Source: Akkermansia muciniphila
Lineage (GTDB): Bacteria; Pseudomonadota; Gammaproteobacteria; Burkholderiales; Burkholderiaceae_C
Length of the DNA stretch: 33,098 nucleotides
Direction of reading: 5' to 3'
Assembly (NCBI GenBank): GCA_943327015.2
Contig: CALPVM020000001.1
Coordinates: forward strand, 1-33,098
The position numbers were made by a program, and so were the translations under genes. This document shows positions 11,975 to 21,460 of the stretch, one piece after another. The notes below the pieces were generated by a model, which was given only the letters and a program-made list of their open reading frames with translations, was not told the DNA's origin and did no database searches. Numbering within the stretch: position 1 is the first letter of the stretch; every line of letters begins with the position of its first letter.

Positions 11975-12316
11975 GTGAAAACAGCATCTGCAGTAGTACG
12001 TTCAGACCTTGGATTGGCTCTTGGTAAGGCCATTTCAATTAAACGCAAGTCTATGGGCTTGAGCCAAAAAGAATTGGCAGCATTGGTTGGTGTTGATGGT
12101 GAGTCAATTTCGCGCTTCGAGCGTGGAACAGTAGTGCCGTCATTGCATCGCCTGGAACGGGTTGCGACTTCCCTCAATATGGGTGTGGGTGATTTACTCT
12201 CCATTTCTAGTCCGTTGCCCGAAGACCAGACGCAACAACTTTTGCAATTGATGCAAAAGTTAAGCACACGCGACCGTAAAATATTGATGGATTTAGCCGC
12301 TCTTTTGGCTAAGTAA
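11975..12316 (+). CDS. XRE-family (Cro/C1-type HTH) transcriptional regulator
   Basis: LGKAISIKRKSMGLSQKELAALVGV...ISRFERG..VPSL..L..VA..L; GTG start. Confidence 0.9.
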   Translation: MKTASAVVRSDLGLALGKAISIKRKSMGLSQKELAALVGVDGESISRFERGTVVPSLHRLERVATSLNMGVGDLLSISSPLPEDQTQQLLQLMQKLSTRDRKILMDLAALLAK

Positions 12317-12331
12317 ACATTGTCGGAATGC

Positions 12332-12354
12332 GCCGCAACAGCAAGTGTTGCGGC
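12332..12354. terminator. Hairpin between the convergent XRE and enoyl-CoA hydratase genes
   Basis: GCCGCAACA-gcaag-TGTTGCGGC, 9-bp stem with only weak U-tails. Confidence 0.55.
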
Positions 12355-12364
12355 ATAAGTTTGA

Positions 12365-13057
12365 TCAAGTCAGGCTTTGAGTTTTGTCGATATCAATGGC
12401 TCGGTCCAGCAACTCCAGAAATGCTTTACGAACCTTCAGCTTGGTGTTTTTATGGGCTGTCAGGTTGATTTTTTTCAGTAGTTGTGCGTGCTCATTGGCC
12501 GCGATCATGAGTTGATCGGCAGCAACTACGCGATCCAAAAATCCAGCGTCAATCGCATTTTGTGGGCTAAACATTTCAGCGTTAATGACAGAGCGTTGGA
12601 ATGCGGGCTTGGTTAAACGTTCGCGCGCCAGTTCGATGCCAACGTGGTGCATTGTCATTCCAATTTGTACTTCGTTCAGGCCAATATTGAAGGGGCCCTC
12701 AACACCAATACGGTAGTCAGCAGACAAAAGCATAAACGCTCCTTTGGCGACAGCGTGTCCAGGGCAAGCCACAATAATGGGTTGTGGATGCGACAGCATG
12801 CGACGTGCCAGTTTGGAGCCGGCGGTAACTAGGTCAACGGCATTTTGTGGGCCGGACATCATAATTTTCAGATCATAGCCACCAGAAAGAATGCCAGGTT
12901 GGCCGGTTAATATCACAACCGCTTTGGCTTGTTCAGCCTGATCCAGTGCAGCGTGAAAGTCTGCTATCAAAACATGTGAAACTGCGTTGACCTTGCCGTT
13001 GTTCAGGGTTAAGGTTGCTACACCATTGTCTAAACTATACGTCACCAATTCGCTCAT
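12365..13057 (-). CDS. Crotonase/enoyl-CoA hydratase family protein
   Basis: NNGKVNA, SGGYDL, CPGHAVAKGAF, ADYRIG and IGLNEVQIG motifs; AGGAG SD upstream on the minus strand. Confidence 0.9.
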   Translation of the reverse strand: MSELVTYSLDNGVATLTLNNGKVNAVSHVLIADFHAALDQAEQAKAVVILTGQPGILSGGYDLKIMMSGPQNAVDLVTAGSKLARRMLSHPQPIIVACPGHAVAKGAFMLLSADYRIGVEGPFNIGLNEVQIGMTMHHVGIELARERLTKPAFQRSVINAEMFSPQNAIDAGFLDRVVAADQLMIAANEHAQLLKKINLTAHKNTKLKVRKAFLELLDRAIDIDKTQSLT

Positions 13058-13306
13058 GAAAAATGCTCCTTTTTGAATAAAAATGCCCAGCGTAAAGTTA
13101 AGAGTCTAACCGTTTGGCATGGGAAGTTGCCAAGCAGGGGGTGTATTAGGGCTAAAACATAGATACACAAGTAAGGAATTGGAAAAAATCATGCGTCATA
13201 ACAAGCTGCGAGGAATACAATCACTAGCCCATTAGACAGCAAGGGGTCAGGTGTACCCCATAGCAGCAGCAAAGGTCGATCCATGTCACTAGAATTTGCA
13301 AATTCC

Positions 13307-15646
13307 ATGTCCCATTCGGAACCGGAGCAAGCTCCAGACAAGCGCAGTGAATTGCGTCGCGCAGCCCTTGAGTACCATGAATTCCCGACGCCAGGAAAAA
13401 TTTCAATCGCGGCTAGTAAACAACTGGTGAACCAGCACGATTTGGCACTAGCCTATTCTCCGGGTGTGGCATCGCCATGCGAAGAAATTGTTAAAGACCC
13501 TAACAATGCATTCAAGTACACAAGCCGTGGCAATTTGGTAGCCGTTATTACCAATGGTACGGCGGTATTGGGCTTGGGCGATATTGGCCCCTTGGCTGCC
13601 AAGCCAGTGATGGAGGGTAAGGCGGTTCTGTTTAAAAAATTTGCTGGCATTGATGTTTTTGACATCGAAATTAATGAAAAAAATGACCTCGACAAACTGG
13701 TGGACATCATCGCTTCGCTGGAGCCAACTTTTGGGGGAGTGAATCTGGAGGATATCAAGGCTCCGGATTGTTTTTATGTGGAGCGCAAGTTACGTGAACG
13801 CATGAAGATACCGGTGTTTCATGATGACCAGCATGGTACAGCCATCGTTGTGGGAGCGGCAATTACCAATGGATTGAAGGTGGTTGGCAAAGATCCTAAA
13901 AAAATAAAACTGGTAACCTCGGGCGCAGGTGCAGCGGCGCTGGCTTGTTTGGGTTTGTTGGTTAAGCTGGGAATACCCAAAGAAAACATTTTTGTAACTG
14001 ATTTGGCAGGAGTGGTATACCAAGGGCGCACAGAGTTAATGGACGAGGATAAGGCGCTTTTTGCACAAGACACCACTGCACGGACGTTAGCAGAGGTTAT
14101 TGAAGGTGCAGATATATTTTTAGGCCTGTCAGCGGGCGGCGTACTCAAGCCGGAGATGGTGCAACGCATGGCGCCTCACCCCATTATTTTTGCACTGGCT
14201 AACCCTAACCCGGAAATTCTGCCGGAGCAGGTTAAGGCGGTACGCAATGATGCCATTATTGCAACTGGGCGTACGGATTACCCGAATCAGGTAAACAACG
14301 TATTGTGCTTCCCGTATATTTTCAGAGGTGCTTTGGATGCCGGAGCATCCACCATCACGCCAGAAATGGAAATTGCAGCGGTGCATGCTATTGCTGAATT
14401 AGCGCAAGCAGAACAAAGCGAGGTAGTGGCTGCGGCTTACGCAGGTGAACAGTTGGCCTTTGGCCCTGAGTATTTGATACCCAAGCCATTTGACCCACGC
14501 TTGATGATGAAGATCGCCCCCGCTGTGGCGCGGGCTGCTGCTGACAGCGGGGTTGCGTTGCGCCCCATAGCGGATATGGATGCTTACCGTGAAAAGCTAC
14601 AAAGTTTTGTGTATGCCTCTGGCACCACCATGAAGCCGATTTTTATAGCAGCTAAGAATGCGTTGAAGAAGCGGGTGGCATATGCTGAGGGAGAGGAAGA
14701 GCGCGTACTGCGTGCAGCTCAGATTGTGGTTGATGAGGGTTTGGCATTCCCTACATTGATTGGACGGCCGCCAGTGATTGCGGAGCGTATTAAGGCGTTT
14801 GGCTTGCGTTTGCGAGAGGGAACAGACTATGCAGTGGTCAACGTGGAATATGACCACCGTTACCAAGATTTTTGGCAAACCTACCACCGCATGACAGAAC
14901 GCAAAGGCATTACAGTGCAGTTTGCCAAAATTGAAATGCGTAGACGCTTGACGCTGATCGGTGCCATGTTGTTGCATAAGGGCGATGTAGACGGGTTGAT
15001 TTGCGGTACATGGGGCAATACGGCAATGCACTTGCAGTATGTAGATCAAGTCATTGGCAAACGTTTGCATCAAGTGCCAGGATTGCACAATGATGTGTCT
15101 ATTTATGCCTGCATGAATGGCTTGATGCTGCCTGGGCGGCAGGTGTTTTTAGTGGATACGCATGTCAATTATGACCCTACAGCCGAAGAGCTGATGCGTA
15201 TTACTATCATGGCAGCCGAAGAGGTTAAACGCTTTGGTTTTAAACCCAAAGCAGCGTTGCTAAGCCACTCCAATTTTGGTAGCAGTAACGAGCCTAGTGC
15301 GATAAAGATGCGTCAAACTTTGGCTCTGCTGCAAAAGCATGCGCCTTGGTTGGAGGTGGATGGTGAGATGCACGGAGATGTTGCGCTTGACGGTGCTGCA
15401 CGAAAAGTTTTGTTGCCAAATAGCACATTGCATGGCGACGCAAATTTGCTGGTGTTGCCTAATATTGACGCCGCGAATATTGCCTACAACCTGCTTAAAA
15501 CTGCAGCTGGTGGAAATATTGCAATAGGCCCCGTGCTGTTGGGTGCCGCTAGGCCCGTGCATATTTTGACCGCTAGCACCACTGTGCGCCGGATTGTAAA
15601 TATGACGGCGTTAACTGTTGTTGATGCCAACGCGCAGCGCGGATGA
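13307..15646 (+). CDS. maeB: NADP-dependent malic enzyme with C-terminal phosphotransacetylase-like domain
   Basis: [42 protein letters not shown] and YPNQVNN; PTA-like LSHSNFGS and DGEMHGD. Start at 13283 or 13307. Confidence 0.97.
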   Translation: MSHSEPEQAPDKRSELRRAALEYHEFPTPGKISIAASKQLVNQHDLALAYSPGVASPCEEIVKDPNNAFKYTSRGNLVAVITNGTAVLGLGDIGPLAAKPVMEGKAVLFKKFAGIDVFDIEINEKNDLDKLVDIIASLEPTFGGVNLEDIKAPDCFYVERKLRERMKIPVFHDDQHGTAIVVGAAITNGLKVVGKDPKKIKLVTSGAGAAALACLGLLVKLGIPKENIFVTDLAGVVYQGRTELMDEDKALFAQDTTARTLAEVIEGADIFLGLSAGGVLKPEMVQRMAPHPIIFALANPNPEILPEQVKAVRNDAIIATGRTDYPNQVNNVLCFPYIFRGALDAGASTITPEMEIAAVHAIAELAQAEQSEVVAAAYAGEQLAFGPEYLIPKPFDPRLMMKIAPAVARAAADSGVALRPIADMDAYREKLQSFVYASGTTMKPIFIAAKNALKKRVAYAEGEEERVLRAAQIVVDEGLAFPTLIGRPPVIAERIKAFGLRLREGTDYAVVNVEYDHRYQDFWQTYHRMTERKGITVQFAKIEMRRRLTLIGAMLLHKGDVDGLICGTWGNTAMHLQYVDQVIGKRLHQVPGLHNDVSIYACMNGLMLPGRQVFLVDTHVNYDPTAEELMRITIMAAEEVKRFGFKPKAALLSHSNFGSSNEPSAIKMRQTLALLQKHAPWLEVDGEMHGDVALDGAARKVLLPNSTLHGDANLLVLPNIDAANIAYNLLKTAAGGNIAIGPVLLGAARPVHILTASTTVRRIVNMTALTVVDANAQRG

Positions 15647-15669
15647 TTGGGGTGCCAATACTAAACAAC

Positions 15670-15698
15670 TTGCTTTTTTATCAGAAATAAGGGACACT
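15670..15698 (+). promoter_or_regulatory. Putative sigma70 promoter for the RNase-barstar operon
   Basis: TTGCTT-N17-GACACT, 44 nt upstream of the RNase ATG. Confidence 0.35.
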
Positions 15699-15742
15699 AC
15701 ACATAAGTGTTTAGGGTTTACCCGCGGGATTGAAGGAAGTCT

Positions 15743-16156
15743 ATGCCATTAAAGAGCGTTAACCAACCAGCGCTCTCACTGCGTTATGTATGTGCGGTTC
15801 TTTGGATGCTGTTGTTTGCGATATTTCCGCACAATGCATTAGCTAAAGAGCAGGTAGCACTTGCAATAACCGAAATTGCCCTGTCCGATTTGCCTCAAGA
15901 GGGGCGCGACGTTTTCAGGCAAATTCACGCGGGAGTACCTTTTACCCATGAAAAGGACGGTTCCGTCTTTGGCAATCGGGAGCGCTTGCTTCCACTGCAA
16001 AAACGAGGTTATTACCGAGAATATACCGTGAGAACACCTTGGTTAAAAAACCGGGGCAAACGGCGCATAGTCTGTGGTGGCTTTCAGGTTGTCAAACCGG
16101 ATACATGTTATTACACGGCCGATCATTATGCGAGTTTTCGCAAAATCGTGCCTTGA
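15743..16156 (+). CDS. Secreted guanyl-specific ribonuclease (barnase/RNase Sa/N1 family)
   Basis: Signal peptide ending ALA, then DGSVFGNRE..LP, YYREYTV (catalytic Glu), RRIV.GG and YYTADHY (catalytic His). Confidence 0.92.
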   Translation: MPLKSVNQPALSLRYVCAVLWMLLFAIFPHNALAKEQVALAITEIALSDLPQEGRDVFRQIHAGVPFTHEKDGSVFGNRERLLPLQKRGYYREYTVRTPWLKNRGKRRIVCGGFQVVKPDTCYYTADHYASFRKIVP

Positions 16157-16189
16157 TTCAGTTTTTAAATGATAGAGAGGGAATTGGGG

Positions 16190-16591
16190 ATGGATACACC
16201 ATTGCGGACGGTGCGTAAAAACATCGTTCAATCAATACAGGCACACCGTGTGTCTGACCTACAGCAGGCCGCGCAAGAGCTGGGTCACCATTTTTTGTAT
16301 GCCAATTTGGCCAACGCCCAAAGCAAGCAGGATGTATTGGACTTGATTGCTGAACAGTATATTTTGCCTCCTCAAAATGGTAAAAATTTTGATTCACTGT
16401 ACGACACTTTGACCGACCCTGTGTATAAATCAGGGCCTCAGCAGGGCTTTATTACGGTGCTGGAACATATTCCGGCCAATGTTAAATTTGACAAGGAAGC
16501 TCGCGAGCAGTTACTGGACATTTTCCGGGATACAGCGGAGTACTGGGGAGATCGGAAAATTCCATTCCGGTGTTTCTATTCTTTTCTGTAG
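16190..16591 (+). CDS. Barstar-family ribonuclease inhibitor
   Basis: SKQDVLDLIA...GKNFDSLYDTLTD barstar motif, directly after the RNase. ATG 16190 has a GAGGGA SD; ATG 16169 has none. Confidence 0.9.
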   Translation: MDTPLRTVRKNIVQSIQAHRVSDLQQAAQELGHHFLYANLANAQSKQDVLDLIAEQYILPPQNGKNFDSLYDTLTDPVYKSGPQQGFITVLEHIPANVKFDKEAREQLLDIFRDTAEYWGDRKIPFRCFYSFL

Positions 16592-16779
16592 CCCGTTCTG
16601 CACAAACCAGCCAAGCAGAACGGGCTAACGAGGCTAGCACGGCACAAGAGGATTCTGAAGCCGAACTACTGGATGACAATGGTGAAAAAATGCCAACCGA
16701 CAGGATTCTTGACGTTTCGCCGTTCGCGTTGCGTATGAGTAGTCCGTTTAACGCCGGTTATTGGCTTACAGCGGCCTAA
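16570..16779 (+). CDS. Overlapping -1-frame ORF: putative frameshift extension of barstar, or a small protein
   Basis: Frame open from 16492 to 16779. It fills the gap to the rsmA stop (7 nt away) and encodes an acidic linker followed by MPTDRILDVSPFALRMSSPFNAGYWLTAA. The GTG at 16570 has no well-spaced SD. Confidence 0.55.
   Translation: MFLFFSVARSAQTSQAERANEASTAQEDSEAELLDDNGEKMPTDRILDVSPFALRMSSPFNAGYWLTAA
16589..16627 (+). other. Perfect 13-bp RNA hairpin beginning at the barstar stop codon (candidate frameshift stimulator)
   Basis: TAGCCCGTTCTGC-(13-nt loop)-GCAGAACGGGCTA, with no U-tract after it on either strand. Confidence 0.7.
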
Positions 16780-16786
16780 AGTACCG

Positions 16787-17578
16787 TTAATTCGGTACCT
16801 CTGCCGTAAGTGATTGAGCAAGGTGCACGTATTCTGAAACGTGCACTTCTTGTGCTCTGCGTTGCAGGTCGAAAACCCCCGTAAATTTTTGAACATCCAA
16901 CCAGCGCCCCAAACTGTGTCGTAGCAGTTTTCGGCGTTGGCTAAATGCAACCTGTACTAGTTCGCTCAAAATCGAAACATCCATATGGGGTGGAGCGGTT
17001 ACCGGGGTCATACGCACTACTGCGCTGTCCACTCTGGGCGGTGGTTCAAAACTCTCTGGTGGTACAAACAGAATATTTTCCATGGCGTAGCGCCATTGCA
17101 GCATCACACTAAGGCGGCTGAAGTCAGAGGTGTCGGGTTTTGCAACCATGCGGTCGATGACTTCCTTTTGAAGCATGAAATGTTGGTCTTGTATGACATC
17201 AACAAAATCAAGCAAATGGAATAAAATCGGTGTTGATATGTTGTATGGTAAATTTCCAACTACTCTTAGAGCAGGCTTTGATGGCGGGCTGTTGCCATTT
17301 TTACTCGCTATATTGGTAAAGTTGACGCGCAGAACGTCAGATTCAATAACGTTTAATTGGGGGTGTTTGCGCAGTGAATGCGCCAGATCACGGTCCAACT
17401 CAATAACTGTGAGTTGTCCGAGTCGCTCTACAAGTGGCTGCGTGAGTGCAGCAAGCCCGGGGCCGATTTCGACCATGTGTTGCCCAGGCTCTGGGGAAAT
17501 AGCCCGAACTATGGCATCGATAATGCCATGATCAGATAAAAAATGCTGGCCAAAGCGCTTGCGAGCGACGTGTTGCAT
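16787..17578 (-). CDS. rsmA: 16S rRNA m6,2A1518/1519 dimethyltransferase
   Basis: [37 protein letters not shown] and FSQRRK motifs. Confidence 0.98.
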   Translation of the reverse strand: MQHVARKRFGQHFLSDHGIIDAIVRAISPEPGQHMVEIGPGLAALTQPLVERLGQLTVIELDRDLAHSLRKHPQLNVIESDVLRVNFTNIASKNGNSPPSKPALRVVGNLPYNISTPILFHLLDFVDVIQDQHFMLQKEVIDRMVAKPDTSDFSRLSVMLQWRYAMENILFVPPESFEPPPRVDSAVVRMTPVTAPPHMDVSILSELVQVAFSQRRKLLRHSLGRWLDVQKFTGVFDLQRRAQEVHVSEYVHLAQSLTAEVPN

Positions 17579-17595
17579 GCGGTTAATGTGTGGTG

Positions 17596-18915
17596 TTAAA
17601 GGGGAGTATCCCGTATTTCAACAAACGCCCTGCCCCGTATGTCGCGCGCCCAATTGACGAAGGCTTCTGAATATCGTTGTTCACGCAATTGGTTACGAAT
17701 GGCTTCACGAAGTTCCATCGGTTGGAGTTCGACCCGCCTGCGTTCCATGACCATGATTAAATGGACGCCAAATCGGGACACTACGGGGTTGCTGACCTGG
17801 CCAAGAGGGAGTTGGTTCATGACATCTTCAAACTCGGGTACAAACATGCCAGGGCTGGCCCAACCCAAATCTCCGCCTTGCGCTGCACTGCCATCTTGGG
17901 ACATTTCTTTGGCAGCGGTTTGAAAGTCAAGCTTGCCTTGCTCTATCTGTTTTTTTACATCGGCTAGTTTGGAAACAGCAGCGGATTGGGTTAACTCAGG
18001 ACCGGTGCGCAATAAAATGTGCCTTGCGTTTGTTTGTGCAGTGTATTGTGTGAACTTTTCCGGCGCTTTTTTTTCAGTAATTTTGAGGATGTGAAAACCA
18101 GCACCCGAGCGTACTATGTCTGAAATGTCGCCGACCTTTAGTTGAACAATGGCTTTTAAAAATATTTCCGGATAGCGGTCGGCGCGGCGTAGACCAATTT
18201 GACCGCCATTGGTTTTGTCGGCGGCAGAAAATTCCTGAACCAATGCGCTGAATTCTGCTCCAGAGCGAGCTCGCTGTTGGATGTCTTGTGCTTTTCTGAA
18301 TAATTGCGCTGATTGCTCGGGAGTCGACTTTTCTGGTACAGCAATTAGAAGGTTGGCGAGGTTAATTTCCTGTGCCAAGGGGTCGGCACGGAGAGCTTGT
18401 TGCTCTGAAATGTACTTGTCTATGTCCTGGTCGGAAATGCGTAAGCGTGCTTCAACCTCGCGCTCGTGTAAGCGACTTAGCGTAATTTGATCGCGCAATT
18501 GCCGCCGAAAGGTAGATATATTGACGCCTTCTTTCAAAAGGCGGAGGTGCAATTCGGTGACGTTGGTTTGATATTGGCGTGCCATGCCTTGTTCTGCCTG
18601 TTCTACAGCAGCGTCTTCTGCGCGTATCCCAATTTCCTGTGCCCACTGGAGTTGGGCTTTGTCGTTGATCAGGCGTTCAAGTACCATACGGCGCAGTTCT
18701 TCGGGGGCCGGTGCTGCTTGGCGCTGTTGCTCCATTTGCATTTTGATGCGCTTGATAGCAAATTGGACATCGCTGTTGGTAATAGGTTCTGAATTAACCA
18801 CGGCAACAATAAAGTCCGCTGTTTGTGCTTCTTTGGGGGAGGTTTGGGCAAGTAAAGGGTTGGCAATAGTGCCAAAAGAACAAAAAAGGGCTAATGCCCA
18901 AGCGCGGTATTTCAT
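17596..18915 (-). CDS. surA: Periplasmic chaperone/peptidyl-prolyl isomerase SurA
   Basis: Signal peptide, IVAVVN..PIT, two parvulin domains (SGAGFHILK; ARHIL...GGDLGW...SRFGVHLI); downstream of lptD. Confidence 0.95.
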   Translation of the reverse strand: MKYRAWALALFCSFGTIANPLLAQTSPKEAQTADFIVAVVNSEPITNSDVQFAIKRIKMQMEQQRQAAPAPEELRRMVLERLINDKAQLQWAQEIGIRAEDAAVEQAEQGMARQYQTNVTELHLRLLKEGVNISTFRRQLRDQITLSRLHEREVEARLRISDQDIDKYISEQQALRADPLAQEINLANLLIAVPEKSTPEQSAQLFRKAQDIQQRARSGAEFSALVQEFSAADKTNGGQIGLRRADRYPEIFLKAIVQLKVGDISDIVRSGAGFHILKITEKKAPEKFTQYTAQTNARHILLRTGPELTQSAAVSKLADVKKQIEQGKLDFQTAAKEMSQDGSAAQGGDLGWASPGMFVPEFEDVMNQLPLGQVSNPVVSRFGVHLIMVMERRRVELQPMELREAIRNQLREQRYSEAFVNWARDIRGRAFVEIRDTPL

Positions 18916-18922
18916 GGCGGTT

Positions 18923-21298
18923 TTAATCGTAATTGCTAAAGCGGCTGTTGGTGCTAAATCGGTCGCGTAAATTCTGGTAGCGCGAAATACTTTGTGATAA
19001 GGTTTTTTGCGGGCTTATGCCAACACGGGTAAATCCAATAAACTCAAGTTGAAACATTAATCGTTCGGTGGCAGTAGAGGTACTGGTTTGAATACGTTCA
19101 ATGACAAAGCGGCTGATCCAGCAACCTGCATCGTACTCTACACCAAAGATGCTATCGACAAGCCGATTTTCATTGATGCTGTAGTTGACACGTCCAACAC
19201 TGTAATAGCGACCTTCACCTTGGCCTCGGCCTGCCCCAAGATTGAGGCCAAAATCTCCCCAGAGATCGTTAAGTGGCCATTGCCAGCTGATGTCCAGTTG
19301 TTCGCTTTGGTTGCGTTGGTACCGGTAAGCAGCATTAATAACACGGTAGTTGCTTGGGCTGTAGCGCGCACCTACTACAGCACGAACCGATTGTTCGGTT
19401 TGTGGATTGTACTGAGCCGTGGAATCCAGCGCCCATTGGTCGTTGACAGCTAAAGTTGCGCCGAGAAGAATATCGCTCAAGCCAGGCTCTGCAGGAGCGA
19501 TGGCGGGCGTTAATGTGACGCGTTGAGCTTCGCGGCGTAAGCGCTGCGCTACTCCAAATTTGGCGAGTTGAGCCCCAGAGTTCGCATCAAGAAAACGTGT
19601 GGTTAAGCCAAGTGTGAGCAGGTCGTTGTCAGAAATTTTGTCGTGTCCTACAAAAGCGTTGTCAGTATAAATGGTGGCAAACGAAAAATCGTTCAATCCA
19701 GTATCGTAGTTCGGTAGCAGTGACTGGTCTCGGTATGGGGTGTAAACGTAAAAAATACGTGGTTCGAGTGTTTGTAGCAGGTCGCGATTTCTAAAAGTAG
19801 TGTCACGCTCAAAAACCAGACCGCTGTCCAGACTGAAGGTCGGAACAACGCTTTCAGCCGTGCGCGCACCGTTGCTTAAATTGTCATCGAATTGGTAATT
19901 GGTGGCATGCAACTGTACTTTGGGAATAAAAAAACCGCTGGCTTCTAGCCAAGGCCGGCTTAGCTGTAATTGACCATATGTTCTTTGTGCATTGGGTTGC
20001 TGGGTACGGCTGCGGTCTGACTCGAATTGGGTGAAGTCGCCATTGAGTGACCAATCAAAACCGTTGATATTGGTTTGCTCGTACCGTGCCGCCAATTGCG
20101 GCACGCGGTCATAAGGTGGAACGATTGGCGCCGATGGGTCTTGCAATGTTTGCCAGCGTAGATGTTTGAGGCTGCTACTAAAACCTCCTTTAGCCCAAGA
20201 GGCGTTGACATCGTTGGGTAATAGGCGTTGTGTCAGTGCCGGGCTGGAGCGGGTAAAGTCACGCCAATAGTTGTCATCACTGACGCGGTTTAGGTTAAGG
20301 GCTATTGCTACATTGCCAACACTTGTTAAGCCGGTGTCGATCTGGGCATTGTGCATCAGTGATGTCCCAGAGCGATCTTGGCTTCGCAATGTGTCAGATG
20401 GCATATAGTTGGTGTAAAAAGTGCCCGAATAACGTGGTTCAAGGTAGCGAAACTGCAAGCCCCAGTCCACTCCCCTTTGGGTCATGATGGTTGGCGTAAT
20501 GGTGGCATCGCGGTTGGGTGCAATGTTCCAATAATAGGGTACGGTTACTTCTGTGCCATTAACGTTATCGACCCCGGCTGTGATGGGTAATATGCCGGAT
20601 TTGCGTTTGTCCGACAGAGCAAAACTAATGGATGGCGTAGCCAGTATTGGTACATTCTTGAAGCTTAGTACAGCACTTTGTGCGGTGCCAATGTTTTCTG
20701 CGCTGTCCAGGTTGATGGTTGCAGCCCGAAGTACCCAATCGGGCATCCAGTCAGGGCCTGCAAGACGTCGGCACGAGGTGTACGTAGCATTTTTAACCAC
20801 GGTTTGGTCTTCGTTAAGAAATTGTGCTGAGTCTGCTTGGCCGTGGGTGTTGTTAGTTAAGAACTTATAACGCGGTTGTAGAAACATGCCTTCAAAAGAG
20901 TGTGCCTTAAGCTCAAGAGACGCGCCTTCGTATACATTGCCGTTGCGGTTGATTTTGACGTTGCCTATGGCGCGCACCTGGTCGGTAGGCTGGTAGTATT
21001 CCAAGCGGTCGGCGTGAATACTGTAGTCAGACTTTCTTAACTCAGCATTGCCTTCGATGATGGCGTCTAAATCGGGGCGGCCAGAGATACGCTCACCCAG
21101 TAAAAACATGGGGCCGTACTTGCGTTGCTCTGCGCTGGGAACCTCTTGCAATTGTGGTGTTGGCTGTAGTTGAAGAGGATCGGCCAAGGCTGTATGCGGT
21201 GCAAACAGCAATGTATTTGAGCAGGTAAAAGCAAAAAGAACGCCCAGGCGCACTGACAGCAAAGAGGTACGAATTGCCACAAAAGCTGGAATACGCAT
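18923..21298 (-). CDS. lptD: LPS assembly outer-membrane protein LptD (OstA)
   Basis: ATYTSC, RKSG.L, PYYWNIAPN.D, VSDDNYWRDF, QTLEPR and EYDAGCW. Start uncertain (21298 versus track 21370). Confidence 0.96.
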   Translation of the reverse strand: MRIPAFVAIRTSLLSVRLGVLFAFTCSNTLLFAPHTALADPLQLQPTPQLQEVPSAEQRKYGPMFLLGERISGRPDLDAIIEGNAELRKSDYSIHADRLEYYQPTDQVRAIGNVKINRNGNVYEGASLELKAHSFEGMFLQPRYKFLTNNTHGQADSAQFLNEDQTVVKNATYTSCRRLAGPDWMPDWVLRAATINLDSAENIGTAQSAVLSFKNVPILATPSISFALSDKRKSGILPITAGVDNVNGTEVTVPYYWNIAPNRDATITPTIMTQRGVDWGLQFRYLEPRYSGTFYTNYMPSDTLRSQDRSGTSLMHNAQIDTGLTSVGNVAIALNLNRVSDDNYWRDFTRSSPALTQRLLPNDVNASWAKGGFSSSLKHLRWQTLQDPSAPIVPPYDRVPQLAARYEQTNINGFDWSLNGDFTQFESDRSRTQQPNAQRTYGQLQLSRPWLEASGFFIPKVQLHATNYQFDDNLSNGARTAESVVPTFSLDSGLVFERDTTFRNRDLLQTLEPRIFYVYTPYRDQSLLPNYDTGLNDFSFATIYTDNAFVGHDKISDNDLLTLGLTTRFLDANSGAQLAKFGVAQRLRREAQRVTLTPAIAPAEPGLSDILLGATLAVNDQWALDSTAQYNPQTEQSVRAVVGARYSPSNYRVINAAYRYQRNQSEQLDISWQWPLNDLWGDFGLNLGAGRGQGEGRYYSVGRVNYSINENRLVDSIFGVEYDAGCWISRFVIERIQTSTSTATERLMFQLEFIGFTRVGISPQKTLSQSISRYQNLRDRFSTNSRFSNYD

Positions 21299-21460
21299 GA
21301 AAGAAAACAAGGGTAAGATCACAAAAAATAAACAGGGTACACAGGTGTAAAACAAAAGGTGTTTATACAACGAACCAGGGCCGGGGCTTTGTAAAATGCA
21401 TTATCCATGACGCACGACGAAAAATACATCACCCAACCATCGCAAATTGGAATAACACAC

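Noticed and set aside
11899-12267. 122-aa minus-strand ORF
   Set aside because: Antisense shadow of the XRE gene with no motifs.
13114-13133. TTGGCATGGGAAGTTGCCAA as a sigma54 promoter for maeB
   Set aside because: GG-to-GC spacing is 11, not 10. It remains only a short inverted repeat of unknown meaning.
16589-16627. Post-barstar hairpin as an intrinsic terminator
   Set aside because: No U-tract follows on either strand and the loop is 13 nt; reinterpreted as a recoding signal.
16592-16779. tmRNA gene, suggested by the ssrA-like peptide end
   Set aside because: No tRNA-like GGGG...UCCACCA ends or ANDE-type resume sequence visible.
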